From positions 62,001 to 126,000 of the IMG/VR virus record IMGVR_UViG_3300025141_000016: DNA of 64,000 nt, one strand, 5' to 3'. The position numbers and the translations under genes were made by a program. Under the pieces are notes generated by a model. It did no database searches and was not told where the DNA came from. It worked only from the letters and a program-made list of their open reading frames with translations. Numbering within the stretch: the stretch's first letter is position 1; every line of letters begins with the position of its first letter. Shown here piece by piece: positions 55,945-62,829 of this stretch.

Positions 55945-56695
55945 GCCAAGAGTTCTTTTACATCTCAAACGAATCTCAACACGCCTTTCGGGGCGTGGCA
56001 GAGTGAACCCTTGCTGACGGGTTCCCAAACCGATGTACCCTTGCCGGGTCGTTGGCTCCCTCGGGAGATAGGCAGAACCCCGATTGGGAAGGTGGCCTTC
56101 ACAGGTCATGCCGCCCAATCTGTGAGGGGGGACGAGTTATGCGGTGTGGAAACCGCGAGAACCGTCCAGTGTCCCGGCGCATGAGCCGACGTTCCACCGT
56201 CGGAGTGCTGCAAAGGGAAGTCCCGTACTTGTCGGTTCAACGGGACAACGGTTGCAGGGCACAAACCATGACGAAAGTCTTGGGAAGGGGGTCGTTCCCC
56301 AGAATCGGACTGCTGAATGCAGAAGCCTCTCTGGTCATCGGGGCAACTTGGTGGCCGTCCCGAAAGGGGGCAACTGGCGATCTTCCCAAGGGATCAAAGG
56401 TTGTCGTGTGAAGGGTTGGGGAAGGTACACTCCACAACCCGGAGCGCAGAATGTAGGCAGCAGTATCGCGTGCTGTTCCGTCGTAGGAGACTGCGAAGAA
56501 CAGGGAGGAACGCTGTGAACCGTTTTACTTACGGGTGTTCACACTCCTAACCCGAGAGGGGACAGGCTCAAAAGGCTTGGAGGTCACGGCATGGGAGCAG
56601 GCCGATGTGCTGCTTGTTTGTTCCCTTATGAGGGGGTCATCCGAAAGGGTGGCCCCCTCCCCCTTTCACAGTCGCCCGAGAGGGCGACTTTTTTT
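55945..56695 (+). ncRNA. Large structured non-coding RNA candidate (~750 nt)
   Basis: No credible CDS. More than 15 hairpins, with GAAA/GCAA/GAGA/UUCG tetraloops and many G-U pairs. Bounded by a promoter motif and an intrinsic terminator. Confidence 0.75.
56670..56695 (+). terminator. Intrinsic terminator
   Basis: AGTCGCCC-GAGA-GGGCGACT followed by a T tract. Confidence 0.88.
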
Positions 56696-56702
56696 CGTCC
56701 AG

Positions 56703-56737
56703 GGGGGGTTCAACTCGCCCCGGTATCTCCGTATAAG
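56703..56737 (+). promoter_or_regulatory. Class E promoter
   Basis: GGGGGGTTCAACTCGCCCCGGTATCTCCGTATAAG. Confidence 0.8.
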
Positions 56738-56757
56738 CGCGGAGGCATTGGATACAC

Positions 56758-57528
56758 ATGACCCGAACAATAATCATTGGCGACGTTCACGGAATGTTGC
56801 CCGAACTGGAAAGCCTCTTGGGGCGACTCCAACCTACGACGGACGACGAGGTTGTCTTTGTCGGTGACCTCGTGGACAAAGGCCCCGATAGCGTTGGGGT
56901 GGTCCGGCGAGTGCGCGAACTGGCCGACACGGTGCCTGTGGTGCTCGTAGAGGGCAACCACGAGGACAAGCACCGACGGTTCCGTAAGAACCTGACCGTG
57001 CGGCCCGAAGTGGCTGCGGGTCAAGCCGAGCGGCAACCTGAACTGGCTACCATCACGGAAGGCTTGTCCGAAGAAGACGTGGCTTTCCTCGACGGTGCGG
57101 TCATGTTCCACCGAGTCCCCGACCATGGGGTGCTCGTGGTTCACGGTGGCATCCCTGGCGATATGGTCGAGTTCCCAGCCACCCCCGAGGAAGCCGCTGC
57201 GTTGACAGGCAAGGCCAAGAGAGCACTGTCCAAGACCCTGCGGACACGCTACCTTTCGGGAGAGACTGGCAAGTTTCTCCAGTTGGGCAAAGAGGGACCG
57301 GAAGACCCGTTCTGGGCCGGGGTCTGGGATGGGCGGTTCGGGCACGTTGTCTTCGGGCACGAGCCTTTCCTGGCTGGTCCCGCATTGTTCCCCCACGCTA
57401 CTGGTGTGGATACGGGAGCGGTGTTCGGTGGATCGTTGACGGCCTTGGTCATTGACGATGCGGGTGAGCGGTCCTTCGTGTCCGTCCCCAGCCGTCCAAT
57501 GGCTCCTTTCCGCTTCATGCTGACATAG
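56758..57528 (+). CDS. Calcineurin-like metallophosphoesterase (ApaH/PrpE/Pnkp-phosphatase-like)
   Basis: IGDVHG, VGDLVDKGP, GNHE, VHGG, VFGH, GVDTGAVFGGSLTA. Confidence 0.92.
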   Translation: MTRTIIIGDVHGMLPELESLLGRLQPTTDDEVVFVGDLVDKGPDSVGVVRRVRELADTVPVVLVEGNHEDKHRRFRKNLTVRPEVAAGQAERQPELATITEGLSEEDVAFLDGAVMFHRVPDHGVLVVHGGIPGDMVEFPATPEEAAALTGKAKRALSKTLRTRYLSGETGKFLQLGKEGPEDPFWAGVWDGRFGHVVFGHEPFLAGPALFPHATGVDTGAVFGGSLTALVIDDAGERSFVSVPSRPMAPFRFMLT

Positions 57529-57544
57529 AGGGTCACTGACCCCC

Positions 57545-57572
57545 AGCCCTCCCTCCGGGGAGGGCTTTTGTT
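57545..57572 (+). terminator. Intrinsic terminator
   Basis: AGCCCTCCC-TCCG-GGGAGGGCT then TTTGTT. Confidence 0.7.
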
Positions 57573-57575
57573 GTA

Positions 57576-57971
57576 TCAACCCCAAAAACCCCGCTCCTCC
57601 AGCACATCGAACCAATGCGGTTCGGGCTGGGGGGGCGGGGTTTTTCTCGTTTGGGCTCCCGGTTTCCACCAGTCAGGGTCATCCAAGTTCGTGATGAGGT
57701 CGTAAAGTTCGACCGGGAGTTCCGCCAGGGCTCCTTCCTCAAACCATTCACCATCGTTGCGAGTGCCCCGATGGCGCATGGCACGGTGAATGCCGTGTTC
57801 CCGGTGACCCTGGTCGGGAGCGTGCAGGATCAGACGGAAGCGATGGGGGCACGCGGTCTGTAGTTGCTTCAATCTTCGGTGAACATCCTTTGACCTTCCC
57901 ACCTTCACAGCGCCCGTAGTGTCCATCTGAATGATATAGAGGTCTTGGCCTCGATTTAGGATTTGGGACAC
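57576..57971 (-). CDS. T5orf172/MUG113-type GIY-YIG domain protein
   Basis: LYIIQ...VKVGRSKDVHRRLKQLQTACP...EHGIH...GEWF; GTG start after GAGGA. Confidence 0.82.
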   Translation of the reverse strand: MSQILNRGQDLYIIQMDTTGAVKVGRSKDVHRRLKQLQTACPHRFRLILHAPDQGHREHGIHRAMRHRGTRNDGEWFEEGALAELPVELYDLITNLDDPDWWKPGAQTRKTPPPQPEPHWFDVLEERGFWG

Positions 57972-58006
57972 AGGTTCCTCGATACCGGGGTGGGCGCATC
58001 TGGGGT

Positions 58007-58021
58007 CGGTGGCTTCGCTAT
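58007..58021 (+). promoter_or_regulatory. Class L motif
   Basis: CGGTGGcttcgCTAT upstream of 58054. Confidence 0.5.
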
Positions 58022-58053
58022 ACCCCTTCACCAGTGATTAGGAGATTGTCCCG

Positions 58054-58356
58054 ATGACCGAAAGTAGCCCCGATGGATGGCACAGAGCACTGACCTGGGG
58101 GAAGGACGTTCTTGTTATTCTCGTCTTCCCTGTGCTCATCTGGACCGTCAAGCTGGAGATCGGGAACGCGGAGCGGGACATGCTTATCGCCCAATCGGAT
58201 GCGGAAATCTCACGGTTAGAGGAACGCATAGGCGAGATGAAGGACATTGATGACCGAGTTCAAGAGAACGCCCTCCAGTTAGCCCGCTTGGAAGGCAAGC
58301 TGGACACTGCAAATGGGAGATTGGATGAAATCCGCAACTTGCTTCTCGACAGGTAA
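58054..58356 (+). CDS. Single-pass membrane coiled-coil protein
   Basis: TM segment VLVILVFPVLIW followed by heptad repeats. Confidence 0.7.
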   Translation: MTESSPDGWHRALTWGKDVLVILVFPVLIWTVKLEIGNAERDMLIAQSDAEISRLEERIGEMKDIDDRVQENALQLARLEGKLDTANGRLDEIRNLLLDR

Positions 58357-58609
58357 GGTATGCGCTGCGTGCCTTGTGGTCGTCACCATCCTGACTGCGA
58401 CCAACTTCTACAAGTTGTGGGTGTGCCATGCGCCAGCGGCAGCGAACGCCACCGAGCCTGTGCCTGAACCACCGCAGGAAGTTGACCCCACACAGCAGTT
58501 AGACCGGAAGATGGACCAACAGACTCAACTCCTGTTGGAGATTCATCAAGACATGGATGAGGTCAACTCCAACCTCAACGAGATTCAAGTCATCCTCAAA
58601 GATGAGTGA
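58313..58609 (+). CDS. Single-pass membrane coiled-coil protein
   Basis: Hydrophobic CAACLVVVTILTA, Pro linker, coiled coil; start uncertain. Confidence 0.55.
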   Translation: MGDWMKSATCFSTGKVCAACLVVVTILTATNFYKLWVCHAPAAANATEPVPEPPQEVDPTQQLDRKMDQQTQLLLEIHQDMDEVNSNLNEIQVILKDE

Positions 58610-58639
58610 CCGGGTACGGTGTGACTCGGAGGCATAATC

Positions 58640-58957
58640 ATGCAAACCCCTACGACCGAAGCAACCCCCACGAACCCCACTCCCACCACCGAAAACGGTA
58701 GTGAGAATGGATCTTACGGCGAACTCGCACCAGAAGTGCTCAACGCTGTGACCCAACTCCGTGCCCGTAGCGAGGCCCTTGTGGCCGAGGTCGGTAGGAT
58801 GGAGATCCACAAGGCCGCTCTCACCCGTGAGGCTGTCGAGATCAACCAAAAGGCGCAGAGTCTTCTCCAACAGGAAGCCCAGCGTCTCGGAATCCCCAAC
58901 GGAACCTCGTGGCGGCTCACCCCCGAGGGAACCGCGATGGCTGTCGAGGACCGGTAG
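58640..58957 (+). CDS. Hypothetical coiled-coil protein
   Basis: GGAGG RBS. Confidence 0.65.
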   Translation: MQTPTTEATPTNPTPTTENGSENGSYGELAPEVLNAVTQLRARSEALVAEVGRMEIHKAALTREAVEINQKAQSLLQQEAQRLGIPNGTSWRLTPEGTAMAVEDR

Positions 58958-58966
58958 GCTGACTAT
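58952..58966 (+). promoter_or_regulatory. Class L motif
   Basis: CGGTAGgctgaCTAT upstream of 59011. Confidence 0.6.
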
Positions 58967-59010
58967 CGCTCCACAGGGGTATCAAGACCCTTCGTCGGGG
59001 AGGACCAGCT

Positions 59011-59739
59011 ATGTCCCGCACCTTTACTGCCGCTGACCGTTCTGCTCTCATCCGCCTTGCTTCCACACTCCCCGTGGGAAGCAAGGAACGGAAGGCTATC
59101 CTCCGTGGGTTGGTCAAGGTCGAGGCCAAGACTGCCAAGACCGCCATGGCCTTCAAGCTCCCCCATTTCCCCATCAAGGGAAAGGGGGACAAGGTGGTGG
59201 TGATGAAGCCTTTTGAGGCTGGGACGGAACCCTACGCGGGGGGGATGGTGCAAGGCCGTAAGATCAAAATGCGTCCCGGCAGCGTTCCAAACGGGTTCGT
59301 CATCGACATGATCAAGGGCTACAAGTCGAACCCATCATCTGCCATGATGGACCAACTCGGTCCCGCTGCGTGGCAGAACGATGAGCCTGACCAGTACCTT
59401 ATCAACTTCGGCGGCATGAAGGTTTACGTCACCGAAGATGACTGGAGAGACAAGAAAGTCATGGCTGTGCCGCCTCCGAAGGAATGGAGCACAAGCCTGC
59501 TCAAAGCATCCCAAGATGATCTCATGGAAGTCTTACGGGAGGAGATGGGGGTAGCTAATGACTACTCCTCCCGCACCCTGTGGCTTCACAACCCCAAAGA
59601 GGTCGCGAAAAAGTGGGATGAAGCCCACGGGCGGGGAGCATGGGGCAAGTTGTTGGTGGACAACCTCGTTCGCCAGTTGGGCGGTGAGTTTGAGGCCGAC
59701 GTTATGAAGTTCATTCGGGAAGAAGCCCGGAGCATGTAA
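59011..59739 (+). CDS. Hypothetical protein with DRSALIRLAS leader
   Basis: MSRTFTAADRSALIRLASTLPVGSKERKAILRGL...KTAKTA. Confidence 0.7.
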   Translation: MSRTFTAADRSALIRLASTLPVGSKERKAILRGLVKVEAKTAKTAMAFKLPHFPIKGKGDKVVVMKPFEAGTEPYAGGMVQGRKIKMRPGSVPNGFVIDMIKGYKSNPSSAMMDQLGPAAWQNDEPDQYLINFGGMKVYVTEDDWRDKKVMAVPPPKEWSTSLLKASQDDLMEVLREEMGVANDYSSRTLWLHNPKEVAKKWDEAHGRGAWGKLLVDNLVRQLGGEFEADVMKFIREEARSM

Positions 59740-59747
59740 GGCTGGTC

Positions 59748-59762
59748 CGGTATCTGGCCTAT
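59748..59762 (+). promoter_or_regulatory. Class L motif
   Basis: CGGTATctggcCTAT upstream of 59797. Confidence 0.6.
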
Positions 59763-59796
59763 GGTTCCCGACCAGTATGACTGACGGGAGCCAACC

Positions 59797-61896
59797 ATGA
59801 CGACAGGGTGGGAACCAGTTGACGGCACATTCCCTTGGCCTCCGGCCAACGGTACGGCCATGTCTGCGTTCCACAGTTCGGATACCGACATTCGTTGGGA
59901 CGATCCCTCTACCCTCATCACAGGCCCCACCACTCCCTCTACACGGGCTACGGTGTCGGTCACGGTGGCGGGGATTCCTGACGTACTCACCGCCGCTACA
60001 GCGTCCTTTACAGTGGTCGGGGCTCCCATCACGGCAGGGGACACCATCGAGGTAGGTGGGGTTGTCGTGACTGCCGTTGCCGGTGTGCCTGGGGTGGACG
60101 AGTTCGACGGTTCCTCTGGTGTGGTGGCGACCGTTGCCACCAACATCGCTGCTGCCCTCAACGATGGCAGCGTCGGAGGATGGGGTATCGCCACCGCCGA
60201 GGCTGCACTCGGGGTCATCACCCTTACCGCAGGAACGGCAGGCGAGGCTGCAAACAGCACGACTCTTTCGTCGGACTCGGCTCTCATCACCGCATCTGGG
60301 AGCACGTTCTCTGGTGGTGCTGACCCCGACACCCTTACCATCGGGGGCGAGGTGCTGTCAGCGGTTACCACACGCACAGCGGGGGGCATGGACTTCGCAG
60401 TTGGCCCCTCCAACTTTGACACTGCCCAGAGCATCACCGATGCGATCAACGACTCGGACAACACGTTGGGGTTCATCAGCGCCACCGTATCGGGTGACAT
60501 AGTGCTCATCGCCGCGTTCCTCGACGGGACGATGGGCGATGGGATCATCATCTCGACCACCAATACGACCGCCCTGGTGACCAGTGACTCGCAGACCACC
60601 GGGGGAGAGGGAGTTGCCTGCACTGGGAAGTCCAATACCGTGTGGGAGATCCTTGGGGTCAACGTCTACCGGTCGGACACTGGGGAGCGAGGCCCCTATT
60701 TCCGGGTGAACAGCATCCCTGTGATGACCAACTTCTACCGGGATCGCACCGATGTTGTGGAAGTGACCGGCGAGGGGATCGCTTGGGCTACGGGGTGGGT
60801 CTTCCGAGGGAGTGCGCCGAACCAGCCCAATGTGTGGCGGCTCCGGGTCAAAAACCATGAGATGGTCAAGCGAACCGGGAACGCGGTTGCGGCTGACTCC
60901 TCCTTCGATGTGGAGGTTTACATCGACGGAGCACGGGTGCCGGTTGCCCAGGTATCGGGGTCAGTGGGGGAGATCACTCTCGACACCATGCCTGTTTGGA
61001 ACCAAGGCACGGATTCGTGGGATGAGTTCACGGCCCCCACAGACACCAGTTCGGTGACGGTCAGCTACTTCTGGAAGCGTGGGAACAAGCTGGTCAACAC
61101 CCTCGACAAACGCTCCAAGGTCTTCTATCGACTCACCACCGTTGCCATCGACACGTCGAGCACGACGGGCTTGATCGAGACACCGATGGGGTACTCGGAA
61201 CCCATCTCTCCGATGAACAGCGAGAAGATGGACTACATCTGGCGTGAGGCCATCCGGCGCAACCGCTGGATTCTGGAGCAGGGGGGCGAGAGGGTCAAGT
61301 TGTTCATCCGGCGTATCACTGGGGTCAAGTGCGACTGCATCTGGGATCCCAGGCTGGAGGAATACTCCCAGCAACCCCTGAACTCTTGCGTGAAGTGCTA
61401 TGGCACTGGCTGGCGCGGGGGGTACGAAGGCCCCATCGACATTATCGTCGGACCAGACGACACCGAACGGCGAGTGACGCAGACGGCCAATGGACGGCAG
61501 TTGCAGCATCAGTACGAGGTCTGGATTGGACCGACCCCCACGGTCAGCCAACGGGACTTCATCGTCAAGCAGAACGGCGAACGCTACAGCATTGGGCCTA
61601 CCCGCCGCACCCAGGTCCGTGGGGTCATCCTCCAACAGTCCTTCCAGATCGGCTACCTCGACACCACCGACATTCGGTACAAGGTGCCGATGGGCCAGTT
61701 GGAACGACTGCCTTGGCCCCAGACTCGGTACACTCGACCGGAAGACGCGCCCTGCAAGACCGCTGAACCGTATCCGGTGGGGTACGACTACCAAGCATCC
61801 CCCATGGGGACAGAGGTCAACAAGATCGATGATGCTCGTGAGCAGCGGGGTCGGACTCCCGTGTGGGCCAACATCACTTATGGCGGGGGTGGGTAA
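59797..61896 (+). CDS. Putative virion structural protein (head-tail/neck-like) with C-terminal Zn-finger domain
   Basis: T/G/A-rich duplicated domain (TITV/IGG...F...TAxxIxxAIND); C-terminal CDC...CVKCYGTG, RDFIV. Confidence 0.6.
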   Translation: MTTGWEPVDGTFPWPPANGTAMSAFHSSDTDIRWDDPSTLITGPTTPSTRATVSVTVAGIPDVLTAATASFTVVGAPITAGDTIEVGGVVVTAVAGVPGVDEFDGSSGVVATVATNIAAALNDGSVGGWGIATAEAALGVITLTAGTAGEAANSTTLSSDSALITASGSTFSGGADPDTLTIGGEVLSAVTTRTAGGMDFAVGPSNFDTAQSITDAINDSDNTLGFISATVSGDIVLIAAFLDGTMGDGIIISTTNTTALVTSDSQTTGGEGVACTGKSNTVWEILGVNVYRSDTGERGPYFRVNSIPVMTNFYRDRTDVVEVTGEGIAWATGWVFRGSAPNQPNVWRLRVKNHEMVKRTGNAVAADSSFDVEVYIDGARVPVAQVSGSVGEITLDTMPVWNQGTDSWDEFTAPTDTSSVTVSYFWKRGNKLVNTLDKRSKVFYRLTTVAIDTSSTTGLIETPMGYSEPISPMNSEKMDYIWREAIRRNRWILEQGGERVKLFIRRITGVKCDCIWDPRLEEYSQQPLNSCVKCYGTGWRGGYEGPIDIIVGPDDTERRVTQTANGRQLQHQYEVWIGPTPTVSQRDFIVKQNGERYSIGPTRRTQVRGVILQQSFQIGYLDTTDIRYKVPMGQLERLPWPQTRYTRPEDAPCKTAEPYPVGYDYQASPMGTEVNKIDDAREQRGRTPVWANITYGGGG

Positions 61897-62474
61897 TGCC
61901 AGCGCCAAGGCTGTTCCACACTACATCATGGAGGGAAGCTGAAAAGGCGTTGAAGACAGGCAAGATCACCAGCATCTCTCCCTTCATCTCCTTGTCCGAG
62001 AAGCCCCTGTTCGGGGGAGACATTCGCCACGGCGACGTGGCTCTGGTCCTCGATGCGGGTGGGATCAAAGGTCAACTGGTCAAGGTGGAGTACACCGAGC
62101 GTTGGGCCGAAGCCAACCCCGAGCAGACTTCCTACATCGCAGGCGAGGGGTGGCGAGAGCAGTTCACTTACCCAGAGGACTGCGTTGACGAGGAAGGCTG
62201 GGAAGACGACGAGTGCATGGAACGGGCGTACCACGAGGCCGAGGTTGACTCTTTCCTTTGGAAATCCGACGAAGCTGAATGGCTCACGAAGCGGGAGGGC
62301 GCTCCTCTCTCTGTAGGCGGGGCAATCACGGGGCTTCTCGTCCCCGATGAGCGCAGCAAGGGACACGCGGAATCACTCATGGGGGGTCTTGGGCTGGACT
62401 TGCCGGTATTCATAGGGAGAGGAGCGTCGGCTGTGCGTGTTGCAAAGCGGTTTCTTCTGGGAGATGCCGCATGA
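61896..62474 (+). CDS. ART-fold-like protein with C-terminal ASAVRVAKRF tag
   Basis: LFHTT...ISLSE...VALVLD...DEAEW. Confidence 0.5.
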   Translation: MPAPRLFHTTSWREAEKALKTGKITSISPFISLSEKPLFGGDIRHGDVALVLDAGGIKGQLVKVEYTERWAEANPEQTSYIAGEGWREQFTYPEDCVDEEGWEDDECMERAYHEAEVDSFLWKSDEAEWLTKREGAPLSVGGAITGLLVPDERSKGHAESLMGGLGLDLPVFIGRGASAVRVAKRFLLGDAA

Positions 62475-62767
62475 CTGCTACTGAAATCCTGAACCAACTC
62501 CAGCAACACAACCCCGAGGCGCTGCTCTTGGAGCCCCGCGAGGTCTACGACAAGGCTCTGGTTGGGGTCACGAACACCCCTGACGACCATTGGCCGCGCA
62601 CTAACGGCATCTGGGTAGCGGTGTATGACGAGGAACTGTGCCTGGAAGCCATCATGGAATGGCATGAGTGTGGTTACAGCGATGCCGCTGACTGGTTCGG
62701 CCACAACACTTCCGGGGCATGGGCTGGGGAGGGCACTCCGACGTTCCGCTCACACGGCGAGGAATGA
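62471..62767 (+). CDS. Conserved-type phage hypothetical protein
   Basis: YDKALVGV...AVYD...DAADWFGHNTSGAWAGEGTP. Confidence 0.7.
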   Translation: MTATEILNQLQQHNPEALLLEPREVYDKALVGVTNTPDDHWPRTNGIWVAVYDEELCLEAIMEWHECGYSDAADWFGHNTSGAWAGEGTPTFRSHGEE

Positions 62768-62788
62768 CCCAGAGCGCCCCCCTCGGGG

Positions 62789-62803
62789 CGGTACTTCCTT
62801 TAT
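62789..62803 (+). promoter_or_regulatory. Class L motif
   Basis: CGGTACttcctTTAT upstream of 62830. Confidence 0.55.
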
Positions 62804-62829
62804 GGGAAGGTAGGGTGGCAGGAGTGTGA

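Noticed and set aside
55945-56695. Assigning the structured RNA to RNase P, tmRNA or a group I/II intron
   Set aside because: The GGGAAGTCC and CAGAACCC fragments are in the wrong order for RNase P P4. There are no tRNA-like ends and no convincing domain V, and no gene is interrupted. Left unassigned pending cmscan.
18964-56737. GGTTCAACTC repeats as tRNA genes (T-loop-like) or CRISPR repeats
   Set aside because: There is no cloverleaf, D-arm/anticodon arm or CCA end. Copies are kilobases apart rather than spacer-separated, and no cas genes are present. Position and orientation fit promoters.
56052-56867. ORFs 56052..56411, 56144..56518, 56317..56550 and 56535..56867
   Set aside because: Mutually overlapping, non-ATG starts without clear RBS and atypical composition. 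One crosses the terminator and the next promoter.
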